Source of the DNA: Pachysolen tannophilus NRRL Y-2460
Lineage: Eukaryota
NCBI GenBank assembly: GCA_001661245.1
Contig: KV454017.1
Location: forward strand, 305,927 to 360,881
DNA: 54,955 nucleotides
Direction: 5' to 3'
This document shows, piece by piece, positions 1 to 11,553 of the stretch (its first letter is position 1; every line of letters begins with the position of its first letter). A model generated the notes under the pieces. That model made no database searches. It was not told the DNA's origin and was given only the letters and a program-made list of their open reading frames with translations. Both the position numbers and the translations under genes were made by a program.

Positions 1-460
1 GTTGGTTTCAACGTTAAGAACGTTCCGTTAAGAAATTAGAAGAGGTAACGTTTGTGGTGATTCAAAGAATGATCCACCAAAAGGTTGTGATTCCTTTGCT
101 GCTCAAGTTATTGTCTTGAACCATCCAGGTCAAATCTCTGCTGGTTACTCTCCAGTCTTGGATTGTCACACTGCTCATATTGCTTGTAAATTCGACACCT
201 TGATTGAAAAAATTGATAGAAGAACTGGTAAGAAATTAGAAGAAAATCCTAAATTTGTTAAATCTGGTGATGCTTGTATCGTTAAGATGGTTCCAACTAA
301 ACCAATGTGTGTTGAAGCTTACTCCGACTACCCACCATTAGGTAGATTCGCTGTCAGAGATATGAGACAAACCGTTGCTGTCGGTGTTATCAAATCTGTC
401 GAAAAATCAGACAAGGCTGGTAAGGTTACAAAAGCTGCTCAAAAAGCTGCCAAGAAATAA
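1..460 (+). CDS. TEF1: Translation elongation factor EF-1 alpha, 3' part (runs off window start)
   Basis: [41 protein letters not shown] and the C-terminal KAAKK are EF-1A hallmarks. Bases 1-45 encode VGFNVKNV(SVKE)IRRG with two apparent single-base deletions. Confidence 0.97.
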
Positions 461-991
461 ACTAACTACTTAAACATAATGGAAAAAAATTTGAAAAAAT
501 TCATTTACTATTTTTTTTGATTTCATTTAATTTAATGTTTTTTTGGTTACGCTTTATTCTTTAATTTTGTTCTCTTTGTTTTTTTTTTTTTTCTTTTTTT
601 TTCTAGGGATCTAGTTTATAATATAATTTTATATATTTGATATTCTCTAATAATTTACTACTTTACTTGTTCAAAGTAGTAGTAGTTTTGTAATGATGAA
701 ATTTTCATATTTTAAATATCTTGAAACTAGGTCGTGAACATTTTTTCAAAACCTTTTTCTTTTTTTTGCTTTTTTTTTTTGCTTCTTTAATCTACCTATC
801 CGGGGTGCGAGCTTTTTCAATTTATATTGGAAAGATATATATAATCTATCAATTTTTTAATCATCTTTGGTGTAATAATCAATCATTTAAAATAAATCAA
901 ATATTTTAATATAATTAGTAGTTTTCAATTAAACATATATATATATATATTTATTTATATATATATATAGATATATATATATATTTTGAAA

Positions 992-1609
992 ATGTCAAGT
1001 GGAAAGAAAACTTTTTTAAAAGTGATTATATTAGGAGATTCTGGTGTTGGTAAAACTTCTTTAATGCAACAATTTGTTAATGGTAAATTTTCTCATCAAT
1101 ATAAAGCTACTATTGGAGCAGATTTTTTAACAAAAGAATTGATTATAGATGATAAAAATGTGACAATGCAAATATGGGATACTGCTGGTCAAGAAAGATT
1201 TCAATCTTTAGGTGTAGCTTTTTATAGAGGTGCTGATTGTTGTGTCTTGGTATATGATGTTACAAATACTAAATCATTTGAATCTGTTTCTTCATGGAGA
1301 GATGAATTTTTAGTTCAAGCAAATATTAAGGATCCAGAAAATTTTCCATTTGTAGTAATTGGAAATAAGATCGATGTTGAAGAAAATAAAAGATTAATAA
1401 GCAATAAAAAGGCAACAACTTTATGTTCAAATTTAGGAAGTTTACCATATTTTGAAACAAGTGCAAAAGAAGCAGTCAACGTGGAACAGGCTTTTGATGT
1501 TGTTGCCAGGAATGCCTTACAACAGGAAGAAAATGAAGAATATAATGAAGATTATTCAGATGCTATTAATATTCATTTAGAAAATGAACCAAGTTCATGT
1601 GCTTGTTAA
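992..1609 (+). CDS. YPT7: Rab7-family small GTPase
   Basis: [18 protein letters not shown] effector loop, [19 protein letters not shown] and C-terminal CAC prenylation motif. First ATG at 992. Confidence 0.96.
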   Translation: MSSGKKTFLKVIILGDSGVGKTSLMQQFVNGKFSHQYKATIGADFLTKELIIDDKNVTMQIWDTAGQERFQSLGVAFYRGADCCVLVYDVTNTKSFESVSSWRDEFLVQANIKDPENFPFVVIGNKIDVEENKRLISNKKATTLCSNLGSLPYFETSAKEAVNVEQAFDVVARNALQQEENEEYNEDYSDAINIHLENEPSSCAC

Positions 1610-1870
1610 GATTCAAATCAAAACATTTAGCAAACATTATCATTCATTTGTCTTATCTGTTTATGCTTTATCTTTCTTTTTTTCTTATTTTCCCTTTTCT
1701 TTCCCTTTCTTTTTTTTTTTTTTTTTTTTCTTTTTTCATTTTCTTTTTAATATTTGGTATTTTGGCTGGTGTACGAAAGGTCTATTGATTTAAGCTAATT
1801 TATATTTTTGTACTTTTTAATCTAAATAAAAATTGTTTTTACCATAGAGACATTTAAATGAGTAACACCT

Positions 1871-1966
1871 TACACCAATCACACCAATCACACCATCCTG
1901 CAAAACCACTTGCACCACCTACACCACCTACACCACTTGCACCACACACTGCACCATCTTGCAACT
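1871..1966. repeat. Degenerate ~9-bp tandem repeat (CACCA core)
   Basis: acaccaatc acaccaatc acaccatcc ... gcaccacct acaccacct acaccactt gcaccacac, visible directly. Confidence 0.8.
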
Positions 1967-2620
1967 CATAAGTAGTGTGTTCCATTTCAATATTGCCAGT
2001 TTAGGCAACCCGCTATTTATTTAGAGCATCGTCGCTTCTTTCACACGTGTGGAATAAAAAAAAAAAAAAAAAAAAAAAAAGAAATGCTCGATCAAACTTT
2101 GATTTCTTTATCTAACTTTAAAGTAGATTTTTTTTAAAATTTAATTAATATTATTATATATATATATATATATATATAAAGTAACTAGCTGATTATTTTC
2201 AAATAAGTTGAATTTTACTTAATTATTTTAATTTGGACAAATATGTTGAGTAATTATCATTATTAAAGAAAATATATAAAAGGATCAAAAAGAAAGGAAT
2301 TCATTTGTATTCGTTAGAGTTTTAGAGAGGTTAAATTTTTTTTTTTTTTATTTTATAAAGAAAAAGAAGACATAAAGAAGCTTGTTATATATATAAATAT
2401 ATATATATTTTATTATATATATGATATTATATATATGATATATATATTTACGGTCTTTCACTGTTGAAACGATTTATAGTTTCACTAGAAATACGAATTT
2501 TTTTTTTTTTTTTTTCTATTTGTTTTTATGATGCATAATAAGAGAGCTGGTCTGTGAAAATTGAATAAGAAGTGAAACAATTTTTTACTGGGGGAGTAGA
2601 AGAAATAATCTTTAAAGAAA

Positions 2621-4177
2621 ATGAATATTTCAGTGGAGAATTCTCCTGTGATATATAATAATAACAGAAATAGCAATAACAACAATCAGCCCAGGAATCC
2701 TAGTTCGAAATCTGCATCGGTTAAAAATTCTCCAAAATTGATGAATATACCAGGATCAATTGAGTCTTTGTCAAAAATTAAATCAGATGAAAAAAATCAT
2801 AATACCATCATATCAGATGATATAAATGATTCCAAGAATCCAAGCACACAAATTAATGAAAACTTGCTGGGTGAACCAATACCTACACAATATATTGGTT
2901 TTAAATCAACGAAAAATTTCAGAGGTGCAAGTTTTAGTTCTTCAAGTAGTGGTTCTTCAAGTTACAGTTCAGATCCAGAATTATTGGAAACTTTAAGAGA
3001 ATACAAGACAAAAGATCAGTTATTCCAAGAAGAAGAACAAAGAAATAGGCATGGTAATTCAGCTCCATCTAATGACAATAATAATAATAACTATAGTCAT
3101 ATATCCTCATCACATGAAATACAGGAGCAAACAGTGAAAAACGATTTTAATGAAGCGCTGAAAGTGCAGAGCGCCAATAATGGGAAAGTTGAAACCCCCA
3201 CAGTAAAGAGTAAAATTACAAATGATAATGGACAACCAAGAGTACTTCCTAGAAATTTCATTGATTGTTCAAGAGATGACTTGATAGTATTAGTTGCAAG
3301 AATGTTGGTGTCTTTAATTTCAATAAACGATAATTTATCGCCACAAATATCATCACATCATTTAACTAGATTTCATTCAAGAGCACCACCTAATATTTCA
3401 GTTTTTTCATATCTTACGAGATTAGCACATTATTCTACATTAGAAAATGCAATATTGATTACAGCAATATATTACATAGATTTATTATCATTATCATATC
3501 CAACTTTTTTGATAAATTCATTAACTGTACATAGATTTTTGTTGACTGCATCGACTGTAGCTTCAAAAGGTTTATGTGATTCATTTTGTTCAAATAATCA
3601 TTATGCAAAAGTTGGAGGTGTTCATATAACAGAATTAAATTTGTTAGAAATGGAATTTTTAAATAAAGTTAATTGGAGAGTAATACCTAGAGATTTAAAT
3701 GGTTTAGATAAAAGAGGAAGTGTTTCAACAAAATCTTCATCAACAAATACATCAACATTTAACGAAAATAATTCCATTAAAAGAGAAAAATCTGGAGTTG
3801 GTTCTGCAAAAGATGTTTTAGATTTATATTATAGAAGAATGATACTGCTAGTTGGTAAAAATGTAGATGGTGATACAGATGAAATAGGTAATGGTTATAC
3901 ATATATATTGGATGATCTTCCAGGTAGTAATTCAGGTTCTGAAGAAAGTATACGGCAATATTCACAGTTACAAGAAGAGGAATTTAAGTGTCCTCCAGTA
4001 TTTATACCTACATCATCACAACTGTCATCAAAAAATCATCATAACGTTGACAGTACAAATTCGATCAAAAATAATTGTCAGTCACCTTTAAAAAGAGCTG
4101 CTGATCAAAATGATCGTGATTTTCAACATACAAGGGGTAAAAGGAGAACAGAAAAAATGATTGGTAAGCACAACTAA
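2621..4177 (+). CDS. Pho85 cyclin of the Pho80/Pcl6/Pcl7 family
   Basis: Cyclin box LTRFHSRAPPNIS...YYID...NSLTVHRFLL...SKGLCDSF...YAKVGG...ELNLLEMEFL with low-complexity flanks. Confidence 0.85.
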   Translation: MNISVENSPVIYNNNRNSNNNNQPRNPSSKSASVKNSPKLMNIPGSIESLSKIKSDEKNHNTIISDDINDSKNPSTQINENLLGEPIPTQYIGFKSTKNFRGASFSSSSSGSSSYSSDPELLETLREYKTKDQLFQEEEQRNRHGNSAPSNDNNNNNYSHISSSHEIQEQTVKNDFNEALKVQSANNGKVETPTVKSKITNDNGQPRVLPRNFIDCSRDDLIVLVARMLVSLISINDNLSPQISSHHLTRFHSRAPPNISVFSYLTRLAHYSTLENAILITAIYYIDLLSLSYPTFLINSLTVHRFLLTASTVASKGLCDSFCSNNHYAKVGGVHITELNLLEMEFLNKVNWRVIPRDLNGLDKRGSVSTKSSSTNTSTFNENNSIKREKSGVGSAKDVLDLYYRRMILLVGKNVDGDTDEIGNGYTYILDDLPGSNSGSEESIRQYSQLQEEEFKCPPVFIPTSSQLSSKNHHNVDSTNSIKNNCQSPLKRAADQNDRDFQHTRGKRRTEKMIGKHN

Positions 4178-4737
4178 AGAGAGAAATGGTTTTTTGGTTT
4201 TGGGTAGGTCATATATATATGATATATATATATATATTTATTACTCTCTTTTTTTTTATTTTTTTATTTTTTGTTTTCATTTCAAATTCTTTTAATTCTT
4301 CTTTTTTTTTTTTTTTTTTTGATTTGATTTCATTTCTTATTTTGAAAAGTTTCCAATACTATATTACAACTTTTACACATCTATCTAAAAATTCCTATAA
4401 AACTAAAACTAAACCAGATAATATTAGTTTTAACTTCATACAATCATGGTTGGTATCTCGTCGTTTATTACCCTATCAGATAACAGATACGATGAACAGC
4501 CCTCAATAAAATTTTTTTTTTTTTTCTGTTTTTTTTTTTCTTTGCACCGCTTGTCGAAAAAAAAAGAAATGAAAAATGATCAACATGCTGTCTTTTTACG
4601 CCTTTAAACGAATAATATAAAATAATTTATCTTTTTAAAATAGAGTATATCAAAATTGATTAATATTATTATTATTATTCTTTATTTTTTTTTTTCTTTT
4701 GCTTTGCTTTTCTTTGTGAATTTAGAGTTTGTTGAAG

Positions 4738-5301
4738 ATGAATCCAGCTGTTTCAAATTTAGTCATAATGCTTGTTATGATGCAAGTATCCAAGCGTCTT
4801 GATTGGGAAAATCCAGATACCGTTTTTTATGTTAGAACAGGTTATATTTCTTCAACTTTAATTGTTCTTGGTATTTATTTATATACCAGGTATATTATCA
4901 TTAAGAAAAATGATTTAACTACTTTGAAATATCTTGAACCAGCAAATGCTTTGAGTGGTCAAACTGAAGCAAAATTGAATGTTACCACTGTTAAAGAATA
5001 TGATTTAACTCAAATTCATTCAGCTATTAAAGGTGTCTTTACAGGTATGTTAATGATGGGTTTCATGCATTTATATATGAAATATACAAATCCGTTATTA
5101 ATGCAATCTATTTCACCAATCAAATCTGCTTTTGAGGCAAATATTGTTAAAATCCATGTTTTTAACCAACCAGCTACCGGTGATTTGAAAAGACCATTCA
5201 AGACATCTTCATTATTTGGTGATTCAGGTGCTCCAAAGACTGATAAGCAATCTATTGAAAGTGCTGAAGTTGCTGGTAATGGTGGTTTCAAAGAAGAGTA
5301 A
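4738..5301 (+). CDS. PHO88: Pho88/Snd3 ER membrane protein
   Basis: MNPAVSNLVIML start, TTVKEYD, MMGFMHLYMKYTNPLLMQSI, GDLKRPF. ATG at 4738. Confidence 0.92.
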   Translation: MNPAVSNLVIMLVMMQVSKRLDWENPDTVFYVRTGYISSTLIVLGIYLYTRYIIIKKNDLTTLKYLEPANALSGQTEAKLNVTTVKEYDLTQIHSAIKGVFTGMLMMGFMHLYMKYTNPLLMQSISPIKSAFEANIVKIHVFNQPATGDLKRPFKTSSLFGDSGAPKTDKQSIESAEVAGNGGFKEE

Positions 5302-5743
5302 ATAAAAAATAAAAAGATTAAAAAAAAAANAAAAAAACAAGATAACATAAAATAATAAAAGGATCAAGTATTTTTTTATCATATTGTACACCATTTCGTA
5401 TCTGTTACCAGTAGCATGAGAGAGAGAGGCTTACTTTAATTTTTGTTTTATATTTCTTCTACTTTTCGAAAACAATTCCTTTTATATATATATATATATA
5501 TATATTTCATTTCGATTTTCTAAATATTAATCTATATAATTTTAAATCTATTATTACTTACTTACTGCTTAAAACTTTGTAAGATCTTAGTGATTACTTT
5601 AAAATCAGTTTCTGCAGAACAAACAAAAAGAAAAGAAAAAGAAACATCTTATATACTTACCTCCCACAACTGGATATGGTTGTTCTTATTGAAAGTTGTT
5701 TCTCGTCACTGTCGTCACCATCGTCGTTACCCAATTTTTCACT

Positions 5744-5794
5744 TATCTCCCGCCTAGCTTTCGCCCAGTTTTTGGCCTATCTCCCGCCTAGCTT
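5744..5794. repeat. 17-bp direct repeat TATCTCCCGCCTAGCTT x2 upstream of FAR8
   Basis: Exact copies at 5744-5760 and 5778-5794. Confidence 0.8.
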
Positions 5795-6090
5795 CCACAA
5801 ATTTTTCAAGGGCTTTTTTTTTTTGCTGGTTCAAAATTCTTTTGATTTTCCTCTGAACAAAAAAATCATTTTTCGAAACATTAAATCAAAATACAAAACA
5901 TAAATATAAATTATTAGATCTAGCAATATTAAATGATTTAATTTTGTTAATCTGACTGGTTAATTGTCAATTGTATATTATTCAAGTTTGGTTGATTTTT
6001 TTGAAGTCTTTTTTGATTGATAGATATTTATATATATATATATAAATATATATATATTTATATGTATATGTATATATTTGAATTAGAAAT

Positions 6091-7950
6091 ATGGAACAGT
6101 CAAATTATACCCTACCGGGTATAATGCATTATCTACAAACTCAATATACGATAATAGAGAGAAATAAAATATTAAACAATTTGGAAAAATCAGAGTTGAA
6201 ATTGAAGATATCTCAATTAGAAAGTGAGCGGAATACTTTGAAATTACAAAATGCAGAATTGAATGAAAAGGTTAAAAATTTAAAGACAAAGCTTGAAGAA
6301 GTGGAGCTTAATAAGAATTCAAATTCAAATTCAAATTCTAATTCTAATTCTAAAGATGAAGGTAGTGATAGCGATAAAGAAGATGAAGAATTATCTAAAA
6401 TTAATACAATGGATGTTGTTCCGCTTATTAAGGCTAGACAATTTTTGAAAAATTCAACAAATGAAATATTATATTTACTCAATGCACCATCGATTGATTC
6501 AAATAACCCTTTGGGTTTAAGTGATGAAAAATCAGATTTCATGATACCAGTTACTTCCCCTACAAATGCCAATTATAACATAGACTCCATGGCTGCAGGG
6601 AAACAGAATCTTTCACCACCGCCAATGTCATACTCACAGCAAGACAAAGATCAACTGTCTCATAATCAACATGAGAATCAAAAAGCATTAGACTTGATCA
6701 ATCAAGTTGATTCTTCATCTAAAGATAGAAAAAATGTTGAAAAATATATTGAGAATTTTGGTAAAATCAATGATGACATTGATAGCGATGATAGAGAACA
6801 ATTGGAAAAATTTATGAATGATTTAGTAGTAATGAATGAAAGTAGACCGGAAAATGAAACAGATGATGAAACTATCATATATGATGGTGCTAATGAGGAT
6901 GAAGAAAATATTCAGGACATTGATATCGGTGAATCAGATGAGAGTCTAACTTTTAAAAATGCAAGCACTACGTTAGATTCAGAATCAAATCGTATTATAG
7001 ATTTAAAATATGTTGAAACTCATGATTTCTTACTTTCAATATTAGAAAATAATCATATTGATAAATGGAATTTAATAACAGGTTCTAAGACAAGGCAAAG
7101 CTTTCCAACAAAAGATTTATTAAATGATGGATATTTCGAAGTAAATAAATTTGGAAAGTTTTTCATTGAAGCTACTAAAAAAGGTGATTTTTTCGTTTAT
7201 GATAGCAAATTCCATCTAAGTGATAAATTAATTTTTACTAAAAAAATTAAAAGTATGGATTTAAATAAAACAAATGAAGACATTGTAGCTTTATTATTTG
7301 AAGATAATTCAATTGAGTTTTATAATATTAATTTTGCAAAACTGGCAAACAATTTCACATTACAGAAAAATACAGATTATAAATTGAAAAATTTGAATTT
7401 GAAAGATGTATTAATATCTCTTCAATTCATAAATAATAATGATAATATAGGGTTTTATCTTTCGCTATTAACAGATTCAGGAAGAGTGTTGAATTATGAT
7501 TTATTAAATGATAAGGTTATTTATAATTTGAATTTGGGTCTTACTTTGAAATCTTCAATTTTTAAATTTTCAAACAAATATTTAATTCATGAATTCAATT
7601 CAACAGAGTTAACAGTACTAGATTTAGTAACACAAAATTTTAAAACATTACCAATTTTTGCAATTACCAAGATTTTAAGCATTAACATACATGAGAATAT
7701 TTTTACATTGAATTATTCAAATGGAGATATTGAAATTTATAACATTGACGATTTAAAAATTAATGAAGCAAAAGTAGGACTAGATCTATCCAAATCCTAT
7801 TATTTCAAGAAAATTGAATATTTCGAAGATTATAAAGATGGTGTGATTCTTGATAAAGAGTTGAAAGTCGAGTTGAACGTTACAGAAAATCAGAAATTGA
7901 AAATATTTGTAGGAGCCTCAGATGGTTTGATTAGAGTTTTTGATTTATAG
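6091..7950 (+). CDS. FAR8: Striatin-family protein (STRIPAK/Far complex): N-terminal striatin coiled coil, C-terminal WD-like region
   Basis: N-terminal YTLPGIMHYLQ striatin motif followed by a coiled coil; ends in GASDGLIRVF. Confidence 0.8.
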   Translation: MEQSNYTLPGIMHYLQTQYTIIERNKILNNLEKSELKLKISQLESERNTLKLQNAELNEKVKNLKTKLEEVELNKNSNSNSNSNSNSKDEGSDSDKEDEELSKINTMDVVPLIKARQFLKNSTNEILYLLNAPSIDSNNPLGLSDEKSDFMIPVTSPTNANYNIDSMAAGKQNLSPPPMSYSQQDKDQLSHNQHENQKALDLINQVDSSSKDRKNVEKYIENFGKINDDIDSDDREQLEKFMNDLVVMNESRPENETDDETIIYDGANEDEENIQDIDIGESDESLTFKNASTTLDSESNRIIDLKYVETHDFLLSILENNHIDKWNLITGSKTRQSFPTKDLLNDGYFEVNKFGKFFIEATKKGDFFVYDSKFHLSDKLIFTKKIKSMDLNKTNEDIVALLFEDNSIEFYNINFAKLANNFTLQKNTDYKLKNLNLKDVLISLQFINNNDNIGFYLSLLTDSGRVLNYDLLNDKVIYNLNLGLTLKSSIFKFSNKYLIHEFNSTELTVLDLVTQNFKTLPIFAITKILSINIHENIFTLNYSNGDIEIYNIDDLKINEAKVGLDLSKSYYFKKIEYFEDYKDGVILDKELKVELNVTENQKLKIFVGASDGLIRVFDL

Positions 7951-7972
7951 TAATTTCTTTATTATTTATTAA

Positions 7973-8980
7973 TTATAGAAATGTGTAAAATTTTTTGGAA
8001 TATAAAAATAAAAATAGTCCAAAACTCAAATGTAAACAGCTGAATACAAAAGTATTAAAAATTAAACCACAAATTGTAAATAAGAAGTTATATTTTTCTT
8101 CACCACCAACAAAATTAATATCTCCACTAATAAATGTATAACAGCGTTTTATAGCTTCTTTAAGTAAAAATCCAATAGTATAATATAAAACATAGTGAAT
8201 ACAATAACAGAAAATATTTATTACCGAAACAAGTCTTAACCTGTAAAGAAATAAATTTTGCATTATTACTTTACCTTCCTCTGCACTTTCATCTACTGTT
8301 ATAGAACTCCTTTGAGGTCGTAGTTTTAAAGTTTGATAAATTATCAGTTGCGAAGTGGATAATGAAATTAACGACACTGCAATGAAAAAAAAATTCCAAT
8401 ATCTCCATTTAACCAAATAATGTATAAGTTGACAAATCTCTATAATTTTTTCATGATGTTCATTATACCTTGGAATTGAAATATACAGGTTTCCTTCTGG
8501 TAAAACACCTTTAACATTTAAAAAAAGTTGGAAATCTAAATAATTTGCTAATTTCTCCACATTTGATCTATTGTCATCATTGTTAAATTTGAACTCAATT
8601 TTTTCATTTTTAGAATTTTTGAAAAAAGTCTTGGTCAAATAAGTTTTTTCCTGTGGTATTTCACCATCAGCATGGCATATAATACTAAATATTTGATAAG
8701 AACATTCTAAAGATAACTTCCCGTGTTCTAAAAATGTAGGCCCAATATAAAATAAATCTAACTCGGGAAATAATGAAGCTTCAGGTAGTTGAGTATTGGC
8801 CCTTAAGTATTGGAAAGTTTTAATGCTCACTTCAAAAGAAGGAAGTCTAAACAGAATAGTAAAAAGATAAAGTTCCTGGAGATAATTCGTATAAAGTAAA
8901 AAAGCACCAAAAACTATGTATAGTAACAAAAAAATTGTTTTGGACAATACATAATCTTGATTACATGAAATAAGATTCAT
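7973..8980 (-). CDS. Uncharacterised multi-pass membrane protein
   Basis: 335-aa ATG ORF with one N-terminal and about three C-terminal hydrophobic segments; no family recognised. Confidence 0.6.
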   Translation of the reverse strand: MNLISCNQDYVLSKTIFLLLYIVFGAFLLYTNYLQELYLFTILFRLPSFEVSIKTFQYLRANTQLPEASLFPELDLFYIGPTFLEHGKLSLECSYQIFSIICHADGEIPQEKTYLTKTFFKNSKNEKIEFKFNNDDNRSNVEKLANYLDFQLFLNVKGVLPEGNLYISIPRYNEHHEKIIEICQLIHYLVKWRYWNFFFIAVSLISLSTSQLIIYQTLKLRPQRSSITVDESAEEGKVIMQNLFLYRLRLVSVINIFCYCIHYVLYYTIGFLLKEAIKRCYTFISGDINFVGGEEKYNFLFTICGLIFNTFVFSCLHLSFGLFLFLYSKKFYTFL

Positions 8981-9256
8981 TTATGATCGGGACATTCTTT
9001 GGGAAAAACTACCATCAATTTCAATATTTTTTTTTAAAAAAAAAAAGACATTAAAGGAAGTCAACTAATTAATCTAAATCTTAATTAAATCAATCCAAAA
9101 ATTCCAAAACTATATTAAACCATTTGGAAACTATCATCATCTATTTTGTGTCAATCTTTGAGTAGCCGCAAAAACTTGCTATGCACGCCGCACGCGGCGC
9201 ATGCACCTTAAAAACAATTGATAATTTGAGCAAACGAAAAATTTATTGATTTCTTT

Positions 9257-10897
9257 TTACCAAGTGTAACGGAAAACCTCAGCTTTTTGAATATCTGTCA
9301 AGTCCAATATGTCTAACTCCATCTTATAGCTGCTATCAACAATGCCGTATTTTTTATTTCTTTTCTTGTTTTCAAGTATGCAAAGAAGACCATAGATTAG
9401 TATTGTAACAATAGAGACTGCAAGAAAACTTAAAATTGCATCGTAACCCGTAGGATACTCAGGAGATTGACTTGATAGGAAAAATTGAGGAGCAACAATA
9501 TTGGCAACGCAATATGAAATAAAGTTAATTGCATTTACTACAGTCTTTTTTGTATGACCAGAAGTATTTGCCATTGATAAAGAGCACATACTGACATAAG
9601 GACCCCAATAAAAATAGAAAAAATAATATGCCAATAATCTGCTAATTTTATCAGTTAATTTCATCATTAAGACACAACAAATTAAAGGACAAAGTGTGAC
9701 AATTGCAGTAATAACAGTTCTAAATTTTCCAGGAACAACTAAACATGGTAAGGCAATTAGCCAAGAACTAAATGTCATAAATACACCTGTTGGGAGTCCC
9801 ATAAGTACTGTTCTATGTTCTGAATAACCCAAACCACTGACAATTTGCGCTGCAAATGATACTAATCCACCATTTGCTATATTTATGGAAAATACAAAAA
9901 TTGCCATACACCAAGTTGTTGGAGACAATAAGGCTTCAATGGCTTGATCTTTCTTGAAGACTTTATTTTTTGTACCTGTTCTATTTTCCTTTGTTCTATC
10001 AATAGCAATATATTTTTCCCTCGTAGAGAAAAACCGACATTTCATTGGTGAATCTGGAATAAGAATTAACATTATCCAAGAGATTCCAAATGTGATAGCA
10101 CCAAAAGTTATGAATAATAATCTCCAACTTGCTACTGATGAGTTTGACGTGCCAATACCATAAGAAAGACTTCCAGTTATCAACGAAGAAAACCCAGAAA
10201 ACCAAATAGCAGTACGGAAAGGCTGTTCTTTTTTCCTATAAAACATTGAAGTGATCACAGTTAATGCAGGAAATAGAAAAGTTTCACCCATTCCTAATAA
10301 AAACCTTAATGCAGCCAAAGTTGCAAAATTGTTTGCAGCACCAATACACATCAAAATGCTACTCCAAATAATAAAACTAATGCCTAAACATTTTGCAACT
10401 GGGTATCTTTGTATAAGATAGTTTGCAGGTGCTTCCATTCCAAGATACCCAAAATAAAAAATACTTGCAATCCATGAATACCTTCAAAAGCCAAAAAAAC
10501 AAAAAAAAAAACAAAAAAAAAAAAAAGATGTTAGTAACCTTTCTATAATCGTAGTCCTTGATTTCCTTTAAACTTACTGTTGTCCAACCAATTTACAATC
10601 TGTTTCCATACCGTATAAAGCAGCATTGGAAATTACTATTTTATCTGCGGCTGCAAGAGTTGTAGCAACCGTCATAATAGGCATCAACATTAAATCGATT
10701 TTAAATAATACTTTTCTTGCTTCAGCAGGCGTATAATCTGCATGTTCGGAATTTTTTGCAAGAAATTCAGCACCTAAATCCAATTCTTTCTCAGAATGTG
10801 ATTTAACAACCTCTAGCGATTTAATATCAATTTTGGTTCCTTGGTTTTTCAAAAAATTCGATTCACCCAATTGTTCTTCCGAAGACATCATAACCAT
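9257..10897 (-). CDS. MFS transporter, allantoate permease (Dal5/Tna1, anion:cation symporter) family; 2 exons (10897-10578, 10481-9257)
   Basis: KIDLMLMP...DK...SNAALYG joins QYSWIASIFYFGYL after removing intron 10577-10482 (GTAAGT, TACTAAC, AAG). Also RFLLGMGE, PDSP, ANTSGHTKK. Confidence 0.9.
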
Positions 10898-11553
10898 GAA
10901 CAAGTTAACCACCACCCTAGGTAATTTTTTTGTTCGAATAATCTTATACTAATATTAGCAACTGGGGTAGCAACCAATTCTTTCTGAGGAAATTGAACTT
11001 TATTTATACCAAGAATATCTTTTCAAATATCCAGTCCCACTTCATATATATTAGCAAAAAGCATTCTTTATAGTTTATACACATCCGCATATGCACAAAA
11101 ATTTATAGGAAAGATGAACTTTAAGAGCAGCTTAGCTAGAACTTACCAACAACAACCTAATTTTCTTTATTAAGTTTTTTAAAGTATAATAATTACACTG
11201 TCAACATAGGGTCAACACACTGTTAATCTTTTGATTGCCATTTTGACGCTTTTTTCCGACTTGAAAGTTGGTAATCAGATGCGCTGTGCATCGAAACAGA
11301 TAAAGAGAGAGGGTATTAATGAATTAATTATTCGGGGCTCTTTTTTGGTGGTTGAAGAGGTATACGGAAGCGCCGAGGAAACCAAGTACTAAAGTTATTT
11401 GTATATTTTATGGGTATTGCAATTGAGTTTTATAAATGGCTAGAATTTGTTCTAATTGTTCTGGTTAACTTTAAACTGAAAGAAAGAAATTAATAAGAGT
11501 TGAAATCAAAGAAATTGTTTTCTTTTTTGGTTTAATTGGTCTCGTAAAGAAAA

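Noticed and set aside
20..40. Frameshifts in TEF1 (missing T and A)
   Set aside because: Single-base losses in short homopolymers near the sequence edge of an essential, highly conserved gene; probable sequencing error.
721..2685. Short Phe/Lys-rich ORFs here and similar antisense or overlapping ORFs throughout the track
   Set aside because: They translate poly-T/poly-A tracts or shadow real genes, and most lack an ATG or any motif.
5653..5800. ATACTTACCT resembling the U1 snRNA 5' end (also at 34545)
   Set aside because: No U1-70K loop (GATCANGAAG) or stem I follows at either copy; better explained as a minus-strand TATA or donor-like element.
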